Of a stretch of DNA of 64,000 nucleotides, positions 38,601-50,126 are shown in pieces (position 1 is the stretch's first letter; each line of letters opens with the position of its first letter). Made by a program: the position numbers and the translations under genes. Location of the stretch: positions 10,788,001-10,852,000 of the forward strand of contig JBHGNT010000005.1 in assembly GCA_043228905.1 (NCBI GenBank), read 5' to 3'. The stretch is from Azolla caroliniana. Lineage: Eukaryota; Plantae; Polypodiophyta. Under the pieces are notes generated by a model. It was not told where the DNA came from. It saw nothing but the letters and a program-made list of their open reading frames with translations, and ran no database searches.

Positions 38601-39221
38601 ACGGAAACCGCAATCGCGACATGGTCAATACTACCGTGGAAGGAAGAGATGAGCCGGGAAGAACTACTAGCGGTCCGGATACGACAACTGAAGGGAAGAC
38701 CGAAAGATGTAGCGGAAGCGTCACGCCGACAACAAGAAGCACGGTTCCGGAACAAAAGCCGGTTCGACACAAAGCACCGACTACGACCGAGGAGGATTGA
38801 AGAAGGAGATTGGGTGATCGTCTATGATAGTAGCTTGGACCATCAGCATACAACGATGCGGAAATTCGCGAAAAGGTGGTTCAGGCCGTACGAGGTTCGG
38901 AAGGTCTTCGACAACGGGACGTACCGACTATCCGAGTTGGATGGAACAATACTACGAGTGCCTATAGCCGGGAAGCGGGTGAAGATTTTCAAGAAGCGGA
39001 CCGACGACAAACCTTATGTGATCCAAGTCGAGGCCGACAACGAGGAGCAATCGGACGAAGACCACAATGATGCGGGAAGCGAAGAGAGTGGATTACAACT
39101 CATAGTCGACATAAGGGGAGAATCGGAGGAAGCTTCGGATGAAGACGGATACGAAGAATCAAGAACTTCGGCACATACCGGAGGATGTGCGGGTTTGGAG
39201 GGGGCGAGTGTCGTAGTGTAG
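35610..39221 (+). CDS. Pol (RT-RNase H-integrase) of nested gypsy, in the -1 frame relative to gag-PR
   Basis: Frame is open from 35610; RT QDLQPVN, LPQG, FLDD; RH VDTS/ETD/DMLSR; integrase HHCC, MVD/ADRG/ANGKIER; stop lies inside the 3' LTR. Confidence 0.92.
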   Translation, partial: GFLKRTVAEWGSDSPRSPDTPHRKKTLGAKQVRIGPDGASTYTAVTGGMKKQYRQVEDKLRSASIIKEDEEIVGVIEEVFYGNTLQRLEELAEDKSQGNRVVPVESVEMYEIVAKMGPDALRKEEAMVSTKYKTVEKKVKPAAGPLPADSEQKRKEVSGDPTLRKTVDIGHAFTDETRKKLRIGGGGFLLQEEEKRFREMLEQHGKAFAFTSREIGCIDPKIVEPMVIFTIDHVPWNLKPIPVPRAHIPKVIDLLKEKVAMGILEPSSAPYSNRWFTVPKKNGSLRFIQDLQPVNKVTIRNSGVGPIVDEFAEAFAGRAIYSIGDLYSGYDQFQLAVESRDITTMRTPIGLVRMCTLPQGATNSVAHMMNAMNKVLRDCIPEITMPFLDDIPMKGCAVEEKDETMDDRGCRKFVVDHIHDCEKVLRKLEDVHLTLSGEKSAFGQEEILVVGHLCGPYGRRPSPIKIDAIQAMKEVCESTSEVRRFLGACAFYHIWIPHYAHIADPLYHLLRKGKKFEWKPEHTKAMRKLKKTLWREESLKKPSYERPIIVTVDTSPTGIGWVINQADSDGSRYPIRFGAKVLNERQRGYAQVKRELWGVVSAIKSDRDYLIGAEVVIETDCLPILGMMRCCTIPDVAMLRWIAYVKSLNPEVRHISGKDNAVADMLSRARFEDDITESDNEEVSEDYFTSEHICRVNVIREFREEEYEGETLMIGKMLQEVEDSTNDKERRAEIRRKKRQVQKFFLENGLIWRTPKRPDGIPLRVVGTKEQQNRIMSEFHESDWAGHRGTWATFVKIKQRYWWKNMYKDVAEFTESCEKCQVYSGVRHRDELHPTFSPTINFKWMVDIVAMPTGIGQKKYLVLAREDLTNQVEGRALRRKTCAAVCQFLLEEVFCRYGCVGQVIADRGELDSDKDRGFFAKHGVRLTLTTAYNPEANGKIERGHSPIVKALAKACDGRVKDWPQMLPYALWADRTTHSSVTGYMPAELMTGQAPVMPTETAIATWSILPWKEEMSREELLAVRIRQLKGRPKDVAEASRRQQEARFRNKSRFDTKHRLRPRRIEEGDWVIVYDSSLDHQHTTMRKFAKRWFRPYEVRKVFDNGTYRLSELDGTILRVPIAGKRVKIFKKRTDDKPYVIQVEADNEEQSDEDHNDAGSEESGLQLIVDIRGESEEASDEDGYEESRTSAHTGGCAGLEGASVVV

Positions 39222-39970
39222 GTTGCACACTATGTGGAAATTGTATTTTTGTCCCTCCGGATAGAGAATGGAGTGCTCGGTGAGAACCGGAGGAAAAACG
39301 GCATACCGGCAAGGAGGAAAACGGCATACCGGCAAGGAAGAGCCGGATAAAGAGACATAAATGTAAAAAGAAAGGAAATACTCACTACTGCGCAGGGCGT
39401 GATTCGAACTCTGCACCTCCACGTTGACAAACCCCAACCTTACCGTTACATTAACTTATCTTAAGTGTTATAAATATAGATTTAATACGTATAAGACCTT
39501 TATTTATGCATACCTTTATTAAAAGGTAAATCGTGTATTTTTTAATATATGAAAAAGACGAGACACTAAAGATAACTCATGCACATCTAGCGTGCATGAG
39601 CCCTATACTTAGGAAATAAAAAAGCATCACATGAACACTTTTTGTAAAAAAAAAAAGCATGAAGCCATGCTTAGCTCTTCCTTCCTTATATAAGGAGGAG
39701 AGAAATATGTAAAGGGTTGTTGATTATTTGTATTAAGTATTAATCAATACAAAAATTATTCGTGGGATTCACGATTTATACATCTACTTCTCTCTTAACA
39801 CCCTAAGTACCAATTAATATAGTATACTCGTGTGATTCACGAGTTTCTTATCTTTCTCTTTGCTATCTACTCATAATTAATCTCTATCTCACGAACTTCT
39901 TTCTCCTAGTCCAAGACCTCTGTGGTTCCCACCCGACTCACGCAACGATCCGGAGCCGAAAGGCACGACA
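39209..39970 (+). repeat. 3' LTR of nested gypsy
   Basis: Direct repeat of 32780-33541. Confidence 0.95.
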
Positions 39971-39974
39971 ACGG

Positions 39975-40612
39975 CAAGCCCGGTTGCTGGCTACGGAGCC
40001 GGATGACGAAGAGCCTGGCTACGGAGCCGGATGACAAAGACCCCGGCTACGGAGCCGGATGATGAATACCCCGGCTACGGAGCCGGATGATGAATACCCC
40101 GGTTACGGAGCCGGATGCCGAATGTACCCGGAGAGAGATCCGGATGCGGGGACATATTTGTGAATATGTTTGCCAAGAGCCCTTGAGGCTATATTTGTAA
40201 ATAGCCCGAAAGTCATATGTGTATAAATATGACTTAGGGCAAACTGTTTAGGGTTGGTGGTGGTTGTTGCTTATTTTTCTGTTTTCCACTCAAGAGGAGT
40301 GAAGAGAGAGCAGCCGTGAGAGAGACAGAGCGTGAGAGAGGAAGAGGTCGACGCCTCTGTGTAATACCGCCGCCTGTGGCGAAGACAGTGAGCTCAAGGT
40401 TGTTGCCTTGAAGCTTCACCATTGTACATCTCTGTTCATAGTTTTGGTTTGGAGTCTTGCACTCCCGTGGTTTTTCCCGTATAGGGTTTTCCACGTCAAT
40501 CCCTGTGTTATCATGTCTTTCTCTGTATTTCCTATTTTCTGCAACAACGATTCGTGTGTTTCCTCGGTTGTGGCCGTGAGGTGAAGGTGAATCTGAGCGT
40601 TGATTCACAACA
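39975..40612 (+). repeat. Remainder of copia A 3' LTR
   Basis: Continues the 5' LTR sequence after the ACGG duplication. Confidence 0.95.
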
Positions 40613-43600
40613 GATGTGTGGAGAGTATTGTTGTAGGCGAACTTAGCCATTGGAAGAAATTTGATCCAATCATCTTGTTGATAACTTATCATACATCGGA
40701 GATATTGCTCTAGGATATGATTTACTCGTTCCGTTTGGCCATCTGTCTCAGGATGGAAGGCTGTCAAAAATTTTGTGGAAGTTCCAAGAGTCTGGAAGAG
40801 GCGCTTCCAGAAATGAGACATAAATTGGGGACCACAATCAGAGATAATGTCATCCGGTAAACCATGAAGACGCACAATATTTGTTAACAATAGATTTCCT
40901 GTTTCCATCCCTGTAATTGCTTTAGAACATGGAATAAAATGTGCCATCTTTGTGAATCTATCCACCACCACTAATACTGAATTAAATCCCTCAATGTCGG
41001 GAAGGTCAGTGATAAAATCCGTCGAGATGGAGGCCCATGGCCTACTTGGAATCGGCAAAGGTTGAAGTAGACCGTAGGGACGATGATGTACTGCTTTGGC
41101 GCGGGCACATGTATCACATGTTTTCACAAATTGTTTAACAAGTTTCCAAGGTTGTGGCCACCAATAACTTCTAGAGATTAACTCCAAAGTTTTTGCAACG
41201 CCAAAATGTCCAGCTAGGGCATCATCATGGCATTCCTTCATGATACGGATACGACAAGGACCATCTGGGACATACATTAAGTTGTTCCGAAAAAGAAAAC
41301 CATCTTGAAACATAAATTGTTCTTGACTATTCTGTACCTCCTTTATGGTTGATTTGTTGACTCGATTATCCTTAATTTCTTTTGCAAATTTGTCGGTGGC
41401 AGTATCTGTGGCTAATGCATTGAGTAATGATTCATCTGCACCCATATACGCTGCAAAGAGCTGAATCTGATGTGGCTGTAGGAGACAACGTGATTGTTGA
41501 TTGTAGGTCTCATCTCCTGGTCAAATTTCGAATTCCGAACGCCGAGATAGGGCATCAGCTTTACCATGTTGGGCACCGGGACGAAAAACAATTTGAAAGT
41601 CATAGTCAGCCAGGAAGGTCGACCATCGTGCTTGCCTCCGGTTCAAAATGCGAGTAGTGGTGAAGTAGACGAGGTTCTTGTGATCGGTCACCACTTGGAC
41701 ACGGTGTTGGGCGCCTGCTAAGTAAGGACGCCATTCTTCAAAGGCTGCAATAATGGCAGAGAGTTCTTTGTCATAAACTGGGTAGTTGATCTCGAGAGGT
41801 GTGAACTTCCGAGAATAAAAGGAAACAGGATGAAGAATCCCATTGTTATCTGATTGAGAGAGAATGGCACCGATGGCGAAGTCAGAGGCATTAGTTTCAA
41901 TCGTAAATGGTTTGGTCAGATATGGGTGTAGAAGTACCGGAGCCGAGGTAAAAGCTTTTTTTAGTGTCTCGAATGCTAGTTGGGTTGTGGGAGTCCAGCA
42001 AAAAGGGGAATCCTTCCGAGTGAGTGCTATAAGTGGTTGCGCCAATGTAGAGAATCCTTGAATGAACCGTCGATAGAAGTTGGCAAAACCCAAAAATGAT
42101 TGCACATCCTTGACCCTGGTGGGGACTTCCCACTGCTGAACCGTTTCGACTTTCTTCTCTTCCATAGTGATACTATCAGATGAAATGACATACCTGAGGA
42201 ATTCAACTGATGTTTGATCAAACTCACACTTTTTGGGTTTCGCATAAAGTCCATGTTCTCGAAGTTTGGTCAAGATAAGTCGAACGTGCTTGGTGTGCTC
42301 TATGTAGTCCTATGAGAAGATAAGTATGTCGTCAAGATAGATGACCACAAATTGGTCTAGATATTCTCGGAAGATGTCATTCATCATATGCTGGAAAATG
42401 GCAGGAGCATTTGTTAGACCAAATGGCATTACCAAGTATTCAAAATGCCCATACCTGTTTCGAAATGCCGTTTTCCACTCATCTCCAGGCTTGATACGCA
42501 CCAAGTTATAGGCACCTCTGAGATCGATTTTGGAGAATATACGCCCAGCCCGAAGTCGGTCGAGGAGTTCGGGGATTAGAGGTAGTGGATAACGGTTTTG
42601 AACTGTGACTCGATTGAGCCCACGATAGTCGATACATAGGCGCAACGTTCCATCTTTCTTTTTGACAAAAAGAATAGGAGAGCCAACTGGAGATTTTGAG
42701 TGACGAATGAATCCCTTTGCGAGATTCTCTTCAATGTATATTTTGAGGGTCTTGAGTTCAGGTTCAGATAACCCATAGATAGGACCAAATGGAGGACAAG
42801 CACCATCTTTCAAGTCAATTGGACAATCGTATGGGCGATGTTCGGGCAGGCGATCAACATTTTTCTTCTCAAATACATCAGAGAAATCATTATATTTTGA
42901 TGGAAAAGAGCTAGTACATAGGGTAGTATCTGGAGTGGACATGACCACCATGTCCTTAGAATTAGAAATGGATGCAATCAGCATTGTATCGCTTACTCGA
43001 GCAAGAGTTGGAACTATTTTCGAGGCCGACACGGGACTAACTATCGATGTTGTTTCTATTGGAACAACCACTGACATGGTTCTCGTTGAAGAGGAAATGG
43101 GAGCGACTGATAACGTGGTCCTCACCGGAGCAGAAATGGGAGTTGCCCCTAAAACATGAGTGGGAGCAACCATTGAGACGGTTGTTGTTTCTATTGGAAC
43201 AACCACTGACATGGTTCTCGCTGAAGAGGAAATGGGAGCGACTGATAACGTGGTCCTCACCGGAGCAGAAATGGGAGTTGCCCCTAAAACATGAGTGGGA
43301 GCAACCGTTGAGACGGTCCTCACCGGAGTAAGCGGCCAAACAAATGGCGAAGCATTGGCTCGAAGACGGGTGGACGTAATACCTTGTGAGTGAAAATTCG
43401 AGGTGAAATTGATGGAGCGAGATCGCCAATCCACGACTAGATTGTGAGTTTCAAGCCATGATAACCCCAAGATGATAGGATGTCGAGGTGATGTGATGAG
43501 GTTAAAAGTGATTTCTTCTTGGTGGGCTCCTATATGGAGACCCAAGGGAATTGTTATATTTGTGATGGCACTAGAAGAGAGCGTTCGACCGTCGATCACT

Positions 43601-43614
43601 TCAACTGGAATCGG
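40613..43614 (-). pseudogene. Host gypsy pol: protease C-half, RT, RNase H, integrase (stops and frameshifts)
   Basis: [64 protein letters not shown]. Confidence 0.92.
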
Positions 43615-46600
43615 TGTTGAGAAGCAAGCTCAACATGGTATGTGATGCTTATGAGAAATAAGCTATAGTAGCTATTTAGCTACTAGTGAACAAAAAGACT
43701 GAACAGCTATTTAGCTAGTGACAACTAATTAGCTAGTGAACAGCTATTTAGCGACTGACAGCTAATTAGCTACTGGCAGCTAATTAGCTGCATGTGTAAT
43801 AACTTATGACTTAGGTAAAAGTAAGTGAGAGTGAATAGGAAGTAGTAGTAAGAGAAAAAAACAGAGAATTGTGAGTAGAGAACTCTGAGAGAGAGTGAGA
43901 GACCAGAAGATTGACGAGAGCAAGTTGAGCTCTACATGTAATAGAAGAAAACCATTTTGCTACTACAGAGGTAAGTCCCCTTTCCTTTCTCTGTCTGTTT
44001 AGAGCACGCTAACGATCCAGCACACTACGATCCGCCGCGCATACATAAGAAGAGCTCGAGTGCCTTCTTCACGTTTTCTTAACATGGTATCAGAGCAGAG
44101 TAGCTCGTAAGGAAGATTATAGCAGTGCCTTAATCTGAGAAAGTTATTTCTCTGGTTGCTGATCAGAAATCAAAAAGTTACTTGTTGAAGTAACTAAAGC
44201 AAAACCCTGGTTTTTGGGAGGAAAAAAATGGCTGCAGAGAATGTAGGCCAAATGGTCACAGAGAAATTAGATAAAAACAATTTCCCGGCGTGGAAATTCA
44301 GAATGACAAACTTTCTGATGGGGAAAGGATACTGGGATTACATTGAAGGAGACCTAGAAGAGGCTCTAGAGATCCCAGAAGAGAATGCAACAGCTGCACA
44401 TATTAAGGCATTTAAAGATTGGAATCAAGGGGCAAGGAAAGTAATGCATTGGCTATCACTCAGCATCTCAGATTCAATGCTTGGGCATATACAAGATGCT
44501 ATGCTCCCAAAAGAAGCTTGGGACAACTTGGTAAAACTGTTTGCTGTGAACACAAAGGCTAGAAAGCTCCAGTTAAAGACTGAGCTAAATACCTTGGAGA
44601 AAGGTAAGATGTCAATAAATGAATATGCCCTAAAAATCAAGAGTATATGTGAATCACTTGCTTCTATCAATGTGAAGATAGAAGATGATGACAAAGTGGA
44701 AATATGCTTAAGAGGCTTAGGACCTCAATACAAGAGTTTTAAAACTTCTATGCTCACAAGGGATAGTATCCCAAGTTTTTCAGATCTGGTCTTAATGCTT
44801 GTGGTAGAGGAAAGAAATCAGATGGATGATGCAAATAAAGGAAACTCAGAGAACGAGGGGCAAGCCCTCTATAATAATGCCGGAAGAGGCCGAGGAAGAG
44901 GCCATGGAAGATTTGGCTCAGGAAGAACCAATAATAATGGCTTTCAAGGAAGAGGACAACAAGCTCATAGAGGAGGAAACAACAACAGAGGCAGGGGGAG
45001 CAACCGAGGTAGAGGTAAGCAAACTTATGTAAATGATGATGGCTGCTGGTATTGTGGTAAACCAGGCCATACACAGGCTGAATGTTACAAGAAACAAAAT
45101 GATGAGAAAAGAGGAAAAGGACAACAGAGTAACTATGCCTCTACTAGTGAAGATTGTGAAAAGGAAGGTGGTTTTGTAGTGCAACATGAGATAGCAGCAG
45201 TGGCTGAAAGCTCACAGAAATGTAATGAAGAGTTTACGTGGTATGTAGACTCGGGGGCATCTAACCATATGACTGGACATGCAAATTGGTTTGAGAGTTT
45301 AAGAGAACCAGAGGTTCCTGGTTATGTACAAACAGGTGATGACACAACTCACCAAATAAAACATGTTGGAGATATCCCATTGTGGGAAGAAAGAGGAAAA
45401 ACCAAGTATATGTTGAATGTGATGCATGTTCCAAACCTTGCTAAGAATCTGATTTCTGTTGGACAGATTGTAGAGCAAGGTATGCAAGTGAAGTTTAAGC
45501 AAAGTGGATGCTATATAGAAAAGAATGGGAAGCTCATTGCAAAAGGGAAGAGACAAGGAAGAATGTTTATCTTGGATGTAGAAATGCCCAAACAGATTTC
45601 AGCCATGTTTGCAAATGGAACGAGTGTAATCTCAGATGTGGAAATGTGGCATAAAAGGATTGGCCATATAAGTATGCAAACATTAAAGAATATGTTGAGA
45701 AAAGATGCAGTGGCTGGACTGCCAAACTTGAAAAAGTGTGAAATGGGAAAAGTATGTGAAGCATGTCAATATGGTAAGCAAAACAGGTTGCCATTCCCTC
45801 ATGAGAGACATGTAAGCAAAAATCTGTTGGATTTGGTACATACAGATGTATGGGGACCAACAAAGAATGCATCTATTGGTGGATGCAGATTTTATGTTAC
45901 ATTTATTGATGATTGTTCACGGAAGACATGGGTGTACTTCATGAAGGAGAAAAGTGAAGTATTTGACTGTTTTCGTAAGTTTAAATGCATGGTAGAAAAG
46001 CAGGCTGGTACAAGGATAAAATGTTTGAGATCTGATGGAGGAGGAGAGTATTTCTCCAATGAATTTTCTGATTTTTTGTGTAATCAGGGAATAAGAAGAC
46101 AGTTCACATGCCGATATACTCCACAGCAAAATGGAGTTGCTGAGAGGAAAAACAGAACATTGGTGAACATTGCAAGGGCTTTGATGACAGAGAAGAATAT
46201 GCCATTGTACTAATGGGTAGAAGCTGTAAATACAACAAATTATATTCTAAATAGATGTATAACATCGAGAGTACATGAATCAACTCCTGAAGAGTGTTTC
46301 TATGGAAGGAAATCTAGTTTAGAACACTTAAAAGTGTTTGGATGCCTTGCATATGTACATGTGCCTGCAGAGGTAAGAAGTAAGTTGGATCCAAAAGCAG
46401 AAAAATGTATCTTTGTTGGATATTCAGAAGAACAAAAAGGGTACAGATGTTATAACCCTGTGACTAAAAAGATTGTGACAAGTAGGGATGTAATCTTTGA
46501 TGAGTTAGCCAGCTGGTATAGTCCAAAACAGAATCTAGAGACTGATGAAGACAATGAGATTGAAGACAAAGACAGATCAAAAAATGTAGAAGACTGTCAC

Positions 46601-49063
46601 AGAGATGGAGACAAGGTTGGACAGCAAAGTCCAACATCAACAGAATGTTCTGGACCATCAAAAAGCTCAGATGGTAAATCTGATTCAAATTCATGGAGTG
46701 GAAAAACTGGACAGAAAAAATCTGATGACAAAAAAGGAAAACAGAAAATGCCAGAGTATGAAATCCCGGATGACCTATCAAAAAACATGGAAGATGAAGA
46801 TTCAGATATGTCTTTGGATGAGTTCCTTGGAATACAGGAAATGAAAATCCCTGGTATGGAAAAGGCAATAAAGAATGCAAATCAGAAACTGAGAAGATCA
46901 GATAGAGAGAAAAAGACTGTGGAAAGATTTGGGTATGATACATATATGGCTATGCACTATGCATATATGTCTAAGGTGGTACAGATCCCTGACCCAAACA
47001 GCTTTGAAGAAGCAAAATCTGAGAAGAAATGGATGGATGCAATGCAAGAAGAGATTGATGCATTGGCTGAGAACAAAACGTGGGATTTAGTGAAGTTACC
47101 AAAAGAGAAAAATGTGGTAGGCTGCAAATGGGTCTACAAGACAAAGCATGACTCCAATGGGAATGTAAGTAGACATAAAGCAAGATTGGTTGCAAAAGGA
47201 TATGCTCAGATGCAAGGGATTGATTATGATGAGACTTTTGCACCGGTTGCAAAGATGGCAACCTTGAGAACACTACTTGCTGTAGGAGCAGCCAGAAAAT
47301 GGATTTTGCATCACATGGATGTAAAAAATGCTTTTTTACATGGTAACTTGGAAGAAGAAGTGTATATGAGTCAACCACCAGGTTTTGAAGATAAGAAACA
47401 TCCTGATTATGTATGTAAGCTGAAAAAAGCTCTCTATGGACTGAAACAGGCACCAAGAGCATGGCACAGAGAACTTTCAGATTCTCTGAAAAATCTTGGT
47501 TTCAAAATGTCAAAAGCTGATCCTTCTTTGTATGTAAAAAGTGAAAATGATTGCATTGTTATTATTCTGATTTATGTAGATGATTTGATTATTGGAGGAG
47601 ATTCCGTGGATGAAATAAGAAAGTTGAAAAAAAATCTGGAAATGCGGTTTCATATGAAAGATTTGGGAGATCTGAGATATTTTCTTGGTATTGAAATCAT
47701 CAGATCTGAAAGTGGTATATGTATGTTGCAAAAACAGTATGCAACAACTATGTTGAAAAAGTATGGTATGCTTGGATGCAAACCTATTGTTGTACCACTT
47801 GATAAAAACTGCAAGTTGAGGGCTGATTTGGGAGCCAAGATAGAAGATGTAAACATGTACAGGTCTATGGTGGGCAGCCTTATTTATTTGACTATAACAA
47901 GACCTGATTTGAGCTATGTTGTTGGATTAGTCAGCCAGTTTATGCAACAGCCAACAAAGCCACATTTGGACTGCATCAGAAGGATTCTGAGGTATGTAAA
48001 AGCAACTCAGAACTTTGGACTATTTTACAGGGCTGATCTAGACATAAATCTGGAAGGATATACAGATGCTGATTGGGCTGGAAGCCAAACAGACAGGAGA
48101 TCCACAAGTGGATACATGTTTACCCTGGGAAGTGCAGGAATTTCATGGAGTAGCAAGAAACAGGCTACTGTTGCATTGTCCAGTACAGAAGCTGAGTATA
48201 GAGGGGCTGCAATAGCCACATGTGAAGAAGTATGGATCAGAAGACTGCTTGCTAATCTGGGAGTATATATAGATGGTGCTGTCATAATCTGGTGTGACAA
48301 TATGAGCAGCATTCAGCTTGCAAAGAACCCAGTGTTCCATGCAAGAACAAAGCACATTGAGGTGCATTATCACTTTGTTAGAGAAAAAGTGATGGAAGGT
48401 GAAGTTGATCTGGTGTATGTGAATACAAGTCAGCAGGTTGCTGATATCCTTACGAAGGGATTGAGTGTGGAAAAACATACACAGTTTCGGAACATGATGG
48501 GAGTTGTAAACATTGATGAGATGGCTAAAAAGCAAAATGGAAAAGAAGATTGAAGAGAACCTCAAGCAAGAATAAGTTGAGCTTGAGGGGGAGTGTTGAG
48601 AAGCAAGCTCAACATGGTATGTGATGCTTATGAGAAATAAGCTATAGTAGCTATTTAGCTACTAGTGAACAAAAAGACTGAACAGCTATTTAGCTAGTGA
48701 CAGCTAATTAGCTAGTGAACAGCTATTTAGCGACTGACAGCTAATTAGCTACTGGCAGCTAATTAGCTGCATGTGTAATAACTTATGACTTAGGTAAAAG
48801 TAAGTGAGAGTGAATAGGAAGTAGTAGTAAGAGAAAAAAACAGAGAATTGTGAGTAGAGAACTCTGAGAGAGAGTGAGAGACCAGAAGACTGACGAGAGC
48901 AAGTTGAGCTCTACATGTAATAGAAGAAAACCATTTTGCTACTACAGAGGTAAGTCCCCTTTCCTTTCTCTGTCTGTTTAGAGCACGCTAACGATCCAGC
49001 ACACTACGATCCGCCGCGCATACATAAGAAGAGCTCGAGTGCCTTCTTCACGTTTTCTTAACA
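43615..49063 (+). mobile_element. Full-length Ty1/copia element B
   Basis: TSD ATCGG (43610-43614, 49064-49068); 470-bp LTRs at 43615-44084 and 48594-49063 (2 substitutions seen); PBS TGGTATCAGAGC 44085-44096; PPT GAGGGGGAG. Confidence 0.96.
44228..48553 (+). pseudogene. Copia B Gag-Pol with a single in-frame TAA at 46211-46213
   Basis: ORFs 44228-46213 and 46334-48553 are in frame; CWYCGKPGH, VDSGAS, SDGGGEY, NGVAER, YVDD, TDADW. Confidence 0.93.
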
Positions 49064-50126
49064 ATCGGGACGATTAATTTGTTTCTTGGAATGTTGTGTT
49101 TCCGTGCAAACATGATGTCAATAAAGCATGACGTAGCCCCAGAATCCAACAAAGCTTTTGTCTTCAGAGTGATAGAGCCAAACTGAAGAGTGATTGGAAT
49201 CGTGAAACTTGTTGTCGAGGAAGTCGGTTGATTGGGCCCTTGACATAATTGTCGACTCTTGTGGTCCAGATGCACAACCCCTACTGCAACTAGACATTGG
49301 AGTTTTCCTGTTGGCCGAAAATGTCAACCCCATCCACATGATGTGGTGTTTGACAGGGTCCCTTTTTTGGGCAAGAGCGGATCAAATGGTCAGGGCCACC
49401 ACAATAGAGACATAAATTGTTGGCCCGTCGATGTTGTTGCGCATTAGTCAATGGTCGATAGCGAATTCGATCGATCTCCATTGACGAGCTAGAATCTGTG
49501 GTGGGAGTTAAAGATGAAGTGGAGGATGACATGGGAGGCGGTGTCGTCAACCATGATAGGTGACTTCGCGTAGCGGCTGGCCAAGGTGGATGGATCCGGT
49601 GAGGACGTTCCTCTTGCCGGAACTCAAAGAGACGGTTATCGCAACACACAACTTGGGAAATAGCCTCATTCAAAGAAGTGGGCTCAGGAAAATTAAGTAA
49701 AAGATTTATTATCTCACCTCGTAATCCTCCGCGGAATTGATCGAGGAGGGCTTGTCCATCCCACTCGAAATCGCACACGAGCTGACGAAATTCGGATGCA
49801 TAGATTGATGCTGCACGATCGCCTTGTTGTAACGCATATAGTTTGTTGAGTGCGGCTCTTCGTTTGTCGGTCTCCCCAAAAGTTGCCTCAAATTCGGTAA
49901 GAAATGCTTGGAAGTCATTCAAGAGAGGTGAAGAGGTTTCCACTAGCGGGGCAAACCAAGCTTGTGCTTGTCCTGTTAGCAACGTGCCGATGAGCCCAAC
50001 TTGTCGAAAGTCATCAAAATAGCGTTGGGGTGAAGAAGAAGAATAAGGTGGATTTGGTTGATGAAACATCTTAGCCGTGACCTTGTTCCATCGAATTTTT
50101 CTGGTAAGCTAACATTGGGTTCTACA
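49064..50126 (-). pseudogene. Host gypsy gag (PEG10/sushi-type) and protease N-half; the gag start lies at 55538-55391
   Basis: LPEKFDG, LLTGQAQAW, LQQG, CLYCGGPDHLIRSC knuckle, LLDSGAT. Confidence 0.9.

Larger units (their letters stand above)
32780..39970 (+). mobile_element. Full-length, very young non-chromovirus Ty3/gypsy element (7191 bp)
   Basis: 762-bp LTRs at 32780-33541 and 39209-39970 that appear identical (TGTCGT...ACGACA); 4-bp TSD ACGG; tRNA-Trp PBS; PPT GGAGGGGGCGAG. Confidence 0.96.
27931..40612 (+). mobile_element. Full-length Ty1/copia element A with a nested gypsy in its 3' LTR
   Basis: 5-bp TSD GATGT (27926-27930, 40613-40617); LTRs 27931-28617 and 32731-32779 plus 39975-40612; PBS TGGTATCAGAGC 28620-28631; PPT AGGGGGAG 32721-32728. 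Confidence 0.96.

Noticed and set aside
40234-40612. Integrase ORF with a novel C-terminal extension
   Set aside because: It is read-through from the host integrase into the antisense strand of the copia A LTR.
46211-46213. Programmed stop read-through in copia B
   Set aside because: The TAA lies inside the integrase core without a read-through context; a point mutation is simpler.
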